In this document: positions 8,885 through 19,157 of the stretch, piece after piece
Position numbering within the stretch: the first letter of the stretch is position 1
How the letters are laid out: each line of letters begins with the position of its first letter
Assembly (NCBI GenBank): GCA_965208125.1
Contig: OZ242320.1
Location: 640,001 to 704,000, forward strand
Origin: Candidatus Latescibacterota bacterium
GTDB taxonomy: Bacteria > Latescibacterota > UBA2968
DNA: 64,000 nt
Direction of reading: 5' to 3'
Translations under genes and position numbers: made by a program
Notes under the pieces: generated by a model
What the model saw: only the letters and a program-made list of their open reading frames with translations
Database searches by the model: none
What the model was told of the DNA's origin: nothing

Positions 8885-11224
8885 CTACGGGTTTAACTCT
8901 AACTTGCTCTGTAAATTCTCCACTATATCTTCCCAATCCATCAGCAGGGGATGGTATTCATCGGCGGCCCACAATTCGGACTGCGTGCGATAATTTGGAC
9001 TGAGCGGATGTCCCGACTGTCCACCTGCCGCCGTCGCCATACTCTGCGCCGGATTGCTCATATCCACCACCATCCGATAGGTCGAAAGCGAACCTACTTT
9101 AAACAGACTACCAAAATTATACCCCGTCGCGCGTACAGTACCCGTACTCCCCGACGACTCAAAAGGCCCCACATCAAACATCTCTGACAACGCCCCGCCA
9201 TCACTCAGCGGATGCCGAAAAGTTACAGTGTGCAAACGCCCCCAGCGCCACTGTGATTTGCGCGGACCCACGCGTCGGCGCAACCAATCCAGCGCATCGC
9301 CCAATGCCGCATGCACCTCCCCATCCAGATCCCAATCGCCCGGCGTCCACTCCGACGCCTGGCCCATCAACACCTGCCGCGCCACACTACCACCTCGACC
9401 TACCACCAATTGAGCCACATGCTCGGGAAACCGAACTCGCACCACCCGCCGCACCCAGTGCTCCCAAAAAGTCGTAAACACCGTCGCCGCAATCGAATCA
9501 ACCGAATACGCGCCATCCCATTCGTGTAACAACTCACCCAGATCGCGCAAGCGTTTATTTCCCGCTCTCAGTGCAATCTCTGCGACAACTGGCGCCAGAT
9601 CTTCTCCCCGCCCATGAACAACATCGGCATGAATAGCACCCGTACTCTCCTGCGTATGCGTCTCCAACTCCTCAATACGCGCCCTAATCCGCCGAAACCG
9701 ATATCCCTCCGACCACGAACCCAGCGACAGATAAGGACCGCGACCACCCCACGGTGGATTATTTGCCGTCGCCACCCAATTGCGCTCGGGATCCACCAGA
9801 TGCGGCAACTCATCAAAAGCATGCGGCGCGCCCCATTCGCAATCCGGATCATTGGCTTTGCGGAACCCAAAATCTCCCACCTTGCGCGTTGGCACATGCC
9901 CAACCACATGATATCCAAGCCGTCCATTGGAATCGGCAAACACAAAATTCAAAATGGGCATCGGCCATTTGGCGAGCGCATCCAGAACCTGCGCGACATT
10001 TTTTGACCGCATCAGCCCCAGCATCGCCTCAAACCCCGTTGTCGCCTCAGACCCTATCCAGCGCATAGACAATTGCTCTCCATCACCTGCAGCAGGCACA
10101 AACTCATTGACAACCGGGCCGCGACGGGATCGGCGAATCACCAGTACATCCGCTGCGGCATCGCGCACGGGAATCGCCTGCTCCTCCACCTCAAACGGAC
10201 GCCATGCATCGCCATCCCGGTACAAATTCTCATCCTCCGCCGACACATCTTCGACGTATAAATCGCGCACCGAAGCCGAGTGATTGGTCACACCCCAGGC
10301 CGTATCGCGCGTATGCCCCAGATAAATACCCGGCGTCCCCAAAAAAAACGCGCCCACAGCATCCATACCCGGCGCGCGCACCTGAGCCTGGTACCATTGC
10401 CTGCACAAACTCACATCATTGTGCGGATCAGTTGCCAGAACGGGTTTGCCATTCGCCGTTCGCTCTCCCCCAATCACCCAATTATTGCTGCCAATCCCCG
10501 TATCGTATCCCCCCACACCGGCCGGTTCATCAGACGGAACAATGGTCTCTTCTGAAGCCTCTGTAGTCAAAAACAAATCGAACAAATCGGGAGGCAAATG
10601 GCGTTTGGCCGCCTCATTCACCGCAACCGCACTCAGTCGCCCCGTCAGCATCCACCACCGCCATTTCCATATCGCAATCGAATCCACCACCGTCCACGGC
10701 GCGGGATCGTAATCCAGCAAATCGAACTCAACACAACGCCGATCACCCATCGCTTCCATCCACGCATTGATACCACCGCCCAGCGACTGCAACACCATCT
10801 TCACCTCATCCGACATCGCCGAAGCCGCCCCCTGTGCCGCACGCGTCAAACCAATCGTACGATGCAAGCGATCCTGCGCCAGACAATCCGCTCCCAAAAT
10901 CTCCGACAATTGCCCATGTGCCAACCGCCGCATATAATCCATCTGCCACAGCCGATCCTGCGCCATCGCATATCCCAGCGCAGTAAAACAATCCGCCAGC
11001 GAAGCCGCCTCGATATGCGCCACGCCCCACCGGTCGCGCAACACCGTCACCGATTGATCAACCGGTGCTTTTACCGTCTCCTGTGTCCCGGGCAATTTCT
11101 GGCGCAAAAACCGCCGCTGAAAATCCAGAAAGGCCCTGCGCGAAATATCCAATTGATCGGCTGCCTCATCAACAGTTATATCGCCCCGCATCGCCTGCAT
11201 CAAAACAGTTTTTCGGTCTGCCAT
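8885..11224 (-). CDS. Penicillin acylase family (Ntn hydrolase) with N-terminal HTH-like extension
   Basis: RDRWGVAHI, GYAMAQDRLWQMD, GSNNWV nucleophile, ATANN, GGQSGHP; start 11224 with GGAGGG RBS. Confidence 0.9.
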   Translation of the reverse strand: MADRKTVLMQAMRGDITVDEAADQLDISRRAFLDFQRRFLRQKLPGTQETVKAPVDQSVTVLRDRWGVAHIEAASLADCFTALGYAMAQDRLWQMDYMRRLAHGQLSEILGADCLAQDRLHRTIGLTRAAQGAASAMSDEVKMVLQSLGGGINAWMEAMGDRRCVEFDLLDYDPAPWTVVDSIAIWKWRWWMLTGRLSAVAVNEAAKRHLPPDLFDLFLTTEASEETIVPSDEPAGVGGYDTGIGSNNWVIGGERTANGKPVLATDPHNDVSLCRQWYQAQVRAPGMDAVGAFFLGTPGIYLGHTRDTAWGVTNHSASVRDLYVEDVSAEDENLYRDGDAWRPFEVEEQAIPVRDAAADVLVIRRSRRGPVVNEFVPAAGDGEQLSMRWIGSEATTGFEAMLGLMRSKNVAQVLDALAKWPMPILNFVFADSNGRLGYHVVGHVPTRKVGDFGFRKANDPDCEWGAPHAFDELPHLVDPERNWVATANNPPWGGRGPYLSLGSWSEGYRFRRIRARIEELETHTQESTGAIHADVVHGRGEDLAPVVAEIALRAGNKRLRDLGELLHEWDGAYSVDSIAATVFTTFWEHWVRRVVRVRFPEHVAQLVVGRGGSVARQVLMGQASEWTPGDWDLDGEVHAALGDALDWLRRRVGPRKSQWRWGRLHTVTFRHPLSDGGALSEMFDVGPFESSGSTGTVRATGYNFGSLFKVGSLSTYRMVVDMSNPAQSMATAAGGQSGHPLSPNYRTQSELWAADEYHPLLMDWEDIVENLQSKLELNP

Positions 11225-11246
11225 AGTCCCCTCCAATACCTCAATC

Positions 11247-12704
11247 TCACCGTTCACAATAAGGATTGGAATTCGGATCGTACCACGCGAACAATCGCGC
11301 CAGCAAATCCGCACGAATAGCTGCAAAATCTCGATTGTCAATCAAATTGATACACTCGCCTGGATCATTTTCCAAATCGTATAATTCATGCCGCGAACCA
11401 CCATCATTATAAACGCACTTAAACCGTTCGTCCCGCACCATATATTGGGGTATAGAAGAGCGCAACCCATGCTCGGAAAACGCGGCATCGGGACCTGGCG
11501 TGTCGGGATCGCGCACGATACTGGCAAAACTCTTCGCATCCATTGTATCGCGAGCACCATCAAAATCCACCAGCGTCGTCCGCTCTGGTGCCGACAACCC
11601 ACACAACTCCGAAAGCGTGGGATATAGCCCAAAATATTCGGTCAACGCAGAAGCTATCCGACCCTCTGGAAAACGAGACGGACAACTCACGATCAAAGGC
11701 ACCTTCACCGCAGGCTCAAACATACAAAACTTCTGATACAACCCGTGCTCACCGCCCATCTCGCCGTGATCCGAAGTATATACCACAATCGTATCTTCCA
11801 CCAGCCCCAACTCCTCCAGCCCATCCAGCACGCGCCCGATACAATAATCGACAAAAGATAGATTGCCCATATACCCCGCCTTATGCGCCCGAAGACGCTT
11901 TTCACCCATACCCTGCGTCCTATCAATGCGTTGTTGTATATGCCTCGGATACTGCGAACTATCCCCCACCTCCACCAGATCTACCGATCCCGGCGGAAAC
12001 TGCTCTGCCCATTCGCGAGGCGGGTAAAAAGGCGGATGGGGCTTCATAAAACTCGCCACCAGAAAAAACGGCTGATCGCGATATTCGCGCATAAACTTCA
12101 CAGACTCGCGCGCCACAAACATATCCAGATGATCCTCGGCATCGAGCGGCGAAGCCGTACTCGAAAAATCCCACTGCGCCACATTGCCCGCCCATGGACT
12201 TGCGCCATCCCACAGCACCGACACATCGGGAAACCCACTACCCGTATCAAAAACCGAATTGAAAAACCCCTCGCCTATCGCGTGATTGGCAATCTCATTC
12301 GCATAATGCCCGACCTTTGGCCCCAAATACATCAACCAATCGTTAATCGACAAATACGACGCAAAACCGTGGTTATGTGCATCGTTAAAATGCATCTTGC
12401 CGATCAAACTCGTCAAATATCCGTGATCGGCAAAATGATGTGCCACCGTGCGATAGCGCCAATCCAGCCGATCATTATTATTAATAGCCCCCGTATTATG
12501 TGCGTACAAACCCGTCAACAACGACATACGCGAAGCCGTACACACCGGATAGGGACAATAGGCATTCTCAAACCGCACCCCACGCGCAGCCACGCGATCT
12601 ATCATCGGCGTAGGCACCGTATTATTCCCGGCACACGTCATCCAATCCGCGCGGTGCTGATCGGTCATCAAAATGAGAACATTGGGGCGATTGCTATAAT
12701 CCAA
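11247..12704 (-). CDS. Sulfatase (choline-sulfatase-like, Cys type)
   Basis: PNVLILMTDQHR, CTASR, GKMH, SDHGEM; TTG start with AGGAGG. Confidence 0.9.
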   Translation of the reverse strand: MDYSNRPNVLILMTDQHRADWMTCAGNNTVPTPMIDRVAARGVRFENAYCPYPVCTASRMSLLTGLYAHNTGAINNNDRLDWRYRTVAHHFADHGYLTSLIGKMHFNDAHNHGFASYLSINDWLMYLGPKVGHYANEIANHAIGEGFFNSVFDTGSGFPDVSVLWDGASPWAGNVAQWDFSSTASPLDAEDHLDMFVARESVKFMREYRDQPFFLVASFMKPHPPFYPPREWAEQFPPGSVDLVEVGDSSQYPRHIQQRIDRTQGMGEKRLRAHKAGYMGNLSFVDYCIGRVLDGLEELGLVEDTIVVYTSDHGEMGGEHGLYQKFCMFEPAVKVPLIVSCPSRFPEGRIASALTEYFGLYPTLSELCGLSAPERTTLVDFDGARDTMDAKSFASIVRDPDTPGPDAAFSEHGLRSSIPQYMVRDERFKCVYNDGGSRHELYDLENDPGECINLIDNRDFAAIRADLLARLFAWYDPNSNPYCER

Positions 12705-12730
12705 GATATGACCTCCTAACTCAAAAGAAC

Positions 12731-13555
12731 CTATTCCTCAGGCATCTCAACCGGCAAATCCAGCCGGTCACCCCACTCTTTCCACGATCCAATATAATTT
12801 CGGACCTTTTCATAACCCAGCAACCGCAATGCCAGGTACGTTTGGGAAGAGCGGTACCCGCCCTGTCAGTAAGGCACAATTTCCTTATCGGGCGAAATAC
12901 CCACAGCCTCGTACATCGCCCGCAATTCATCCGCTGGCTTAAACGCCCCCGTCTCATCCAGATTATTCACATACTCAACATGCACAGCACCTGGAATAGC
13001 CCCCCCGCGCGCCGCACGCACATTGCGCCCGAAATACTCATCGTCACCCCGCGTATCCAGAGGCACAACATCCTCGCGCCCCAAAAGACCATTTAAAACA
13101 TCCGCCCCCATGTGACGCCCCGGCACCGCAGATATGACAAACTCCGCGGGCGCTGCCTCCTCACAATCCGTAGTCAATCCATAACCCATGGCCGTCCAGG
13201 CATTGCATCCCCCGTCCAGCACGCGCACATCGGGATGACCCAAATATTCACAAATCCAAAAACCGCGCGACGCGCGCACCCCGGAATCATCCTCGTACCA
13301 GACCACCGTCTTATCCGTACCAATACCCCGATTGCCGAACAAATAACCGAGCATCCACATAAACGCATCAAAAGCCTGTTCGCGGGTATCGTTCAAACTG
13401 ATCGCGTAAAGATCCAGATGAAGCGCACCCGGAATATGCCCGGCAACATAAGCATGTGTCGGCCGCGTATCCACAATACAAACATCGGCAGCCCTCTCAT
13501 ACAAATCCCGCGGCGAAATCAACAACTCGGGATTCACATACCCTTTATCGCTCAT
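12731..13555 (-). CDS. Probable selenocysteine-containing tandem rhodanese (3-mercaptopyruvate/thiosulfate sulfurtransferase, SseA-like)
   Basis: GHIPGA and GAIPGA motifs; TGA at 12868-12866 lies in EIVPY-U-QGGYRS (catalytic Cys site) and the frame continues [26 protein letters not shown]... to TAG 12733-12731. Confidence 0.9.
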
Positions 13556-13671
13556 AATCACCTCCTTGCAATTTTCAAAACCCGAACCAAAAACCAACTC
13601 ATGTGTTCTATCACTTGACAATATCCCCTACCAATATCCATATTAAACGCCTAAACACCAGGAGACACTAT

Positions 13672-14538
13672 ATGAAAGGCATCTTACTCGCAGGAGGGGC
13701 TGGCACCCGCCTCTATCCCATCACGCGCGTGGTCAGCAAACAACTCCAGCCCGTTTACGACAAACCCATGATCTACTATCCCCTCTCCGTCCTCATGCTG
13801 GCCGGCATCCGCGATATTTTGATCATCTCCACCCCCCACGACCTGCCCCTCTACAGGCGTTTATTCGACGACGGCTCCTATCTCGGCCTCAACATCACAT
13901 ACGCCGAACAACCGCGCCCCGAAGGCGTTGCCCAGTCATTTGTGATCGGAAGCGATTTTATAGGCACCGACCCCGTCTGTTTAATCTTCGGCGACAACAT
14001 CTTCTACGGCCATGGACTCGGCGCAATATTAGATCGAGCCGGAAAACTCACCAAAGGCGGTCTCATCTTCGGATATGCAGTAACCGACCCCGAACGATAT
14101 GGCGTCATCGAATTTGACAGCGAAGGCCGTATCATTGGCATAGAAGAAAAACCCGAACACCCCAAATCGCGCTACGCCGTACCCGGCCTCTATTTTTACG
14201 ACAATCAGGTCGTTGACATCGCCAAAAACCTCACGCCTTCAGCGCGCGGAGAATACGAAATCACCGATGTAAACGGAGAATACCTCAAACGCAAGCAACT
14301 CGAAGTCGAACTCCTCGGCCGCGGGTATTGCTGGCTCGACACCGGCACATTTGAATCGCTTCACCAGGCATCGGGATTTGTCCAGGCAATTCAAGAACGC
14401 CAGGGCCTCAAAATTGCGTGCATCGAAGAAATCGCCTATCGCCGAGGATACATCGACGCTGCACAACTCGAACAACTCGCACAAACAATGGCGCAAAACA
14501 GCTACGGCCAATTCCTATTATCAGTCCTGAACGAATAG
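13672..14538 (+). CDS. rfbA: Glucose-1-phosphate thymidylyltransferase
   Basis: [50 protein letters not shown]. Confidence 0.95.
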   Translation: MKGILLAGGAGTRLYPITRVVSKQLQPVYDKPMIYYPLSVLMLAGIRDILIISTPHDLPLYRRLFDDGSYLGLNITYAEQPRPEGVAQSFVIGSDFIGTDPVCLIFGDNIFYGHGLGAILDRAGKLTKGGLIFGYAVTDPERYGVIEFDSEGRIIGIEEKPEHPKSRYAVPGLYFYDNQVVDIAKNLTPSARGEYEITDVNGEYLKRKQLEVELLGRGYCWLDTGTFESLHQASGFVQAIQERQGLKIACIEEIAYRRGYIDAAQLEQLAQTMAQNSYGQFLLSVLNE

Positions 14539-14560
14539 ACGAACCCTACCACCACCCAAC

Positions 14561-14587
14561 GGGCGGGCACAGGGGCACCGCCCCTAC
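14561..14587. repeat. GTAG-family REP-like element; supplies the TAG stop of the amidase gene
   Basis: gggcgggcacaggggcaccgcccctac, identical to 63048-63074. Confidence 0.8.
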
Positions 14588-17391
14588 ATTACTATCGGAT
14601 GCATCGCGTGCCAATCGGTAGCCTGTTCATAGGCTCGTGCAACAGCGAGAATCGTCGCCTCATCGTACAAATTGCCCAAAAAAGTCAACCCTCTCGGCGT
14701 ACCCTCGGCAAACCCACAGGGCAAAATCACCGCGGGATGGCCCGTCAAATTTGTCACAGCCAAACTCGTCCTTCCACCGCGCGGCACCAGCACCGCATCC
14801 CAGTCTTGCATCACCTGCGCCACATCGCGCATCAACAGAGCACGCAAACGCTGCGCCCGCAAATACTCCACAGCCGTCACCGTGCGCGCCGCCCGAAAAG
14901 TATTGGGCCACGAACTCTTATCCGACTCCGTCATCACATCCAGTTCTCCGCACAGGGTTGCATCGTCAAACATCGCGGCAGCCTCAACCCGCAGCACCAT
15001 CGCAATCGCATCCGTCGGATAATCCGGCAACGCAACCGGTTGTAAATCAGCGCCCAAACCGCGCATCTCGTCCAGCGCAGCGGCATAAATACCAGTGGGA
15101 TCTTCCCCATCTGCCTCCTTCCGAAACTCAGACACCAGATATCCAATCCGCAACCCGGATAAATCCACATCGGGACACCAGTTAAACGGCGCATCCACCA
15201 CCGAACGATCCTTTCCATCCGGTCCACAAATCGCGTGAAACACCGCAGCACAATCCTCTACACTTCGGCACATAGGCCCCAATTTATCCATTGTCCAGCT
15301 CAGAGCCATCGCCCCGTAACGACTCACCCGCCCATAAGTCGGGCGCAACCCAACCACACCGCATGTGTGACTGGGCGAAACAATAGAACCTTGCGTTTCT
15401 GACCCGATACTGAACCCCACCAATCCCGCCGCGGTTGCCGCGCCAGACCCGGCTGACGACCCACTCGATCCCGTCTCGGTATCCCACGGATTGCGCGTCA
15501 TCCCCTCAAACCACGTCGGCCCCGACGCCAGCGCGCCCAGTGACAACTTGGCAACCAGCACAGCACCCGCCTGTCTCAATTTTTTCACCACACTCGCATC
15601 CTCATCCGGCACTCGATCTCTAAACGGCGTAGCCCCCCACGTCGTGCGAATACCCTTTGTACTCAACAAATCTTTCGCACCCCAGGGAATACCGTGCAAC
15701 GGACCTCTATAATCTCCCCTTGCAATCTCCGCCTCAGCGGCTTTTGCCTGTTCCATCGCCAGATCTTCTGTCAGCGTAACCACACACTTCAACTTCTCCC
15801 CATAACGCGCAAGGCGATCCAGATACAACCGCGTCAATTCAACCGGTGAAATCTCCCTCTGCGCAATCAAACGCGCAAGAGAACTCGCCGGCAAAAAAGC
15901 CAGCTCATCATCGTCATCTGGCCGCGCAATATTGGCGTCACTCAGCACAAACGGCTGCTGCTCGCCCTCGGGCACATCCCCCGGCGCAAACACCAGAGGT
16001 GGCTCCACATCATATCCCACCGACACATTGCGCAAAGCAGCATATTGCCGCCCCTGCCTTTCAATTTGCCCCCGTACCTTTTGCCATTGCGCCCTGGAAA
16101 ATGGCAACCGGGCAACATCTGCCAAACCCGACACTGCGCGATCCACCAGTGCATTCTCGCGCTCGGCAACCCCATCTAAAAACACATGTCGAATTTCCGT
16201 ATCGATATCCGGGCTGCATCCCTCACCTATCTCACCGTGCGTGTACAAAAGCTGGGGGACTCCGATCTTGTTCGCGGGCGTAGCACAACGCTCCAAACTC
16301 GGCAACCAATCCGACACTGTCTCATCCTCCGGCGAAACCCGGTACGCCCGCCAGGTCTCCCCCACATCCCGCGAAGTGAACAACACAATAGCATTTGTCG
16401 GATCGGCCCAATCTCCGCCGCGCTTACACACCACACCCGCCGCGTACAGCACCCCATCCTTTGACACACTCAACACACACCGATCTGACATCGCACACCG
16501 CCCAAAAACTTTCTCAGCCAAAGGCAAAAAAGACTTCCGCTTCCACTTCCCCTTTTTCCAGCGATACAAAAACGTCTCCTCAAACTCGCCCTCTCGCCGG
16601 TTCAACGTAAAAAGCACCACATCGCCCGCACAGGCCACCACATTGCCAATACGAACATCGAACCCATCGCTGTATTCAATCACACACGGAGAATCCGGCG
16701 TCACGGGCAAGTCGAGCCTCTCCCCCGCCACAGTCTCCCAGGTCTCACCCCAATCGCGCGACCGCATAATGCCAAACCCGCGGCCCTTTGTATCCCCCGG
16801 ATTATCCTCATTGCTCCGCGCCAGATGAAAAGACAAATACAGCACATCTCCTTCAATATGGATACAATTCTCAAGATGCACATAAGCCGGCGGTCCCTGA
16901 GGATCAACCAACTTCACCGGCACTGTCCAATCTCCATCCACAGACCGCTTCTGATAAAACAGACCCCAGGGCCGTTCGCGCTCATACGCCCCCCGATAAC
17001 ACGCATGCAACACATCGCGCGCATCGCACACCAGACTGGGATAAGTCGCATTCACACCGCCAAACGGGGGAAACAGTCTCCACTTAGACGCATCATTGGG
17101 ACGCACACTCACCGCGTGTTGCATCGGATTGTGATGCGGACCAAACGCGAGATAGAGATACCCCTTCGAATCCATTGTCATTGCCGCGCCCGCGTGATTG
17201 TCATCGCCATCTGCCACAAAAACTGGATCGCTCCACGTTTTCGCCTCGTGACAATATGTAGCCACATACGTCTTGTGAATCTGATCCAGCCACACCACAT
17301 GCGTCTTGCCCTCATGCGTAATAATTTTATTGCTCATCCCATAAGCCGTGCCGCGCGTCGAGCCAGTCTTTGACAAAACAGTGTATTCCAT
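14584..17391 (-). CDS. BNR-4/sialidase-like beta-propeller fused to amidase-signature domain
   Basis: DDNHAG, FGPHH, ATYP, Asp-boxes SRDWGETW and SRDVGETW; then GPLHGIPWGAKD, GSSGSSAGS, GSETQGSI. Confidence 0.85.
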   Translation of the reverse strand: MEYTVLSKTGSTRGTAYGMSNKIITHEGKTHVVWLDQIHKTYVATYCHEAKTWSDPVFVADGDDNHAGAAMTMDSKGYLYLAFGPHHNPMQHAVSVRPNDASKWRLFPPFGGVNATYPSLVCDARDVLHACYRGAYERERPWGLFYQKRSVDGDWTVPVKLVDPQGPPAYVHLENCIHIEGDVLYLSFHLARSNEDNPGDTKGRGFGIMRSRDWGETWETVAGERLDLPVTPDSPCVIEYSDGFDVRIGNVVACAGDVVLFTLNRREGEFEETFLYRWKKGKWKRKSFLPLAEKVFGRCAMSDRCVLSVSKDGVLYAAGVVCKRGGDWADPTNAIVLFTSRDVGETWRAYRVSPEDETVSDWLPSLERCATPANKIGVPQLLYTHGEIGEGCSPDIDTEIRHVFLDGVAERENALVDRAVSGLADVARLPFSRAQWQKVRGQIERQGRQYAALRNVSVGYDVEPPLVFAPGDVPEGEQQPFVLSDANIARPDDDDELAFLPASSLARLIAQREISPVELTRLYLDRLARYGEKLKCVVTLTEDLAMEQAKAAEAEIARGDYRGPLHGIPWGAKDLLSTKGIRTTWGATPFRDRVPDEDASVVKKLRQAGAVLVAKLSLGALASGPTWFEGMTRNPWDTETGSSGSSAGSGAATAAGLVGFSIGSETQGSIVSPSHTCGVVGLRPTYGRVSRYGAMALSWTMDKLGPMCRSVEDCAAVFHAICGPDGKDRSVVDAPFNWCPDVDLSGLRIGYLVSEFRKEADGEDPTGIYAAALDEMRGLGADLQPVALPDYPTDAIAMVLRVEAAAMFDDATLCGELDVMTESDKSSWPNTFRAARTVTAVEYLRAQRLRALLMRDVAQVMQDWDAVLVPRGGRTSLAVTNLTGHPAVILPCGFAEGTPRGLTFLGNLYDEATILAVARAYEQATDWHAMHPIVM

Positions 17392-17471
17392 AACACAACC
17401 CTCGGTATTGTTGCGTTCTTTCTCACGACCTGCTATAATAGACATCATCAACTTCACACGAAAGGAAGAAT

Positions 17472-18299
17472 ATGTCCAATCTCAAAAACAAAGTAGCCCT
17501 GATAACCGGTGCCGGTGGCGAACACGGAATCGGATGTGCAATAGCGTTGCGTTTTGCGCGAGAAGGCGCCGATATCGTTATCTGTGATATAGATTCAAAT
17601 GCCCGCGGCGACTGGGCTGGATTGCCCGCGGTTGCCGAAGAAATCGAAGCAATGGGACGGAGGGTTCTCGCAACAGAAGTCGATGTAACCAGCGCAGAGC
17701 AAGTCGAACAAATGATACAAGCCGCACTCGCGCACTTTGACAAAATCGACATCCTCGTCAACAACGCGGGTGCCCCCGCTGGACCGGACCGCGTACCCGT
17801 TGCCGAATTAGAAGAAGACGTCTTCGACCACGTTCATCGCGTAAACGTCAAAGGCACCTTCTTGTGTTCCCGCGCCGTTGTCCGCCACCTCATCGAGCGG
17901 AACAACGGAGGCAAAATCATCAACATCTCATCAACTTCGGGACTGCGCGGAATCGCCAGATTCGCGGCCTATTGCTCCTCAAAATTTGCCGTCATCGGAT
18001 TCACCCAAAGCCTCGCCCATGAAATGGGCCCCTACGGCATCCAGGTCAATGCAATTTGCCCCGGCCTGATTGAAACCGAACGCCTGCACGGCATAGCCAG
18101 CGGATTAAAACCCAGAGGAACATCGATCAAAGACTTTAGAGCGCAAATGGTCGAACGCTCCTCTCAGAACAATCCACTCGGACGCATTGGACAGCCAGAA
18201 GATGTTGCAAACGTAGCTGCATTTTTGGCCTCTCCCGATGGCGATTACATGACCGGACAGGCAATCAGCATATCGGGCGGAGCGGCCATGGTGCATTAA
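17472..18299 (+). CDS. SDR family oxidoreductase
   Basis: TGAGGEHGIG, NNAG, YCSSK. Confidence 0.92.
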   Translation: MSNLKNKVALITGAGGEHGIGCAIALRFAREGADIVICDIDSNARGDWAGLPAVAEEIEAMGRRVLATEVDVTSAEQVEQMIQAALAHFDKIDILVNNAGAPAGPDRVPVAELEEDVFDHVHRVNVKGTFLCSRAVVRHLIERNNGGKIINISSTSGLRGIARFAAYCSSKFAVIGFTQSLAHEMGPYGIQVNAICPGLIETERLHGIASGLKPRGTSIKDFRAQMVERSSQNNPLGRIGQPEDVANVAAFLASPDGDYMTGQAISISGGAAMVH

Positions 18300-19132
18300 T
18301 ACAAAATGCGTTGATCGCTCAAATCCTTGCCACCAACCGCGCGCGTAAGCGACCCGCCCAAATACTCGACAACCTCCAGATCGGCCAGCGCATTGACAAT
18401 ATTATACATCGTGGGCAAATCTTCCCAACGCGCGCGGTTCCACGCAATACACCCATCGCCGACCAGATGTTCCTCAACCTTTCGGTGCCCTCCCTTCGCA
18501 GGCGTAATAACCGGATAGGCAATATCCTCCTTACCCCATACGCCCGTCCGCGGCATATATTTGTAGTGAAGTGTCCCATCGACTTTCGTGCCACCGCCTT
18601 TTGCTGGCGTCGGATTTTCAGACGGCGACCTCAGATTAGTCACCGAAATATCCAGAAAATTGAACCCCAACCAACCCGCAACAGCTTGCGCTTCACTGCT
18701 CGTAATACGCGGCTCGGGCATCTCGCAATAGATCTTCGAAAACCCGAGTTCTTCGCGTCCCGTGATAATCGGATCACAGAGATTCTCCCACAACACGGAA
18801 AGAAAAGGCCCGCGAACATGGTCTCTCGCCCCCTTAAACACCGCCGGAAAAGAAACACCCAGAATATTGTAACCGCGCCCTGCCAGCCATTCAATTTCCT
18901 TCATATAATTGGCATACACCGACACAACAGGCTCCCCGCCGAGTTCAAAACACTCGGGCAAAAGCGCCTTGAGTTGCTCCGCATTTGAAAGAAACGACAC
19001 CGAAATCGAAGTATTCTTCGGATTATCCACACATTCAAATTTGCGACCATCTGGCCCCTGGCGAGGACCCATAAGCGGGCCAAAATGCGTGGGCATGCGA
19101 TACATCTTGTCGGGTTGAAATTTATAAGCCAT
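18296..19132 (-). CDS. Acetoacetate decarboxylase family protein
   Basis: YRMPTHFGP, WLAGRGYN, GREELGFSK (catalytic Lys position). Confidence 0.8.
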   Translation of the reverse strand: MAYKFQPDKMYRMPTHFGPLMGPRQGPDGRKFECVDNPKNTSISVSFLSNAEQLKALLPECFELGGEPVVSVYANYMKEIEWLAGRGYNILGVSFPAVFKGARDHVRGPFLSVLWENLCDPIITGREELGFSKIYCEMPEPRITSSEAQAVAGWLGFNFLDISVTNLRSPSENPTPAKGGGTKVDGTLHYKYMPRTGVWGKEDIAYPVITPAKGGHRKVEEHLVGDGCIAWNRARWEDLPTMYNIVNALADLEVVEYLGGSLTRAVGGKDLSDQRILY

Positions 19133-19157
19133 AACAACTCCTTTTTTAAGTTTTCAC

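Noticed and set aside
13672-14538. dTDP-rhamnose or O-antigen cluster
   Set aside because: rfbA stands alone, with no rfbB/C/D or glycosyltransferases nearby
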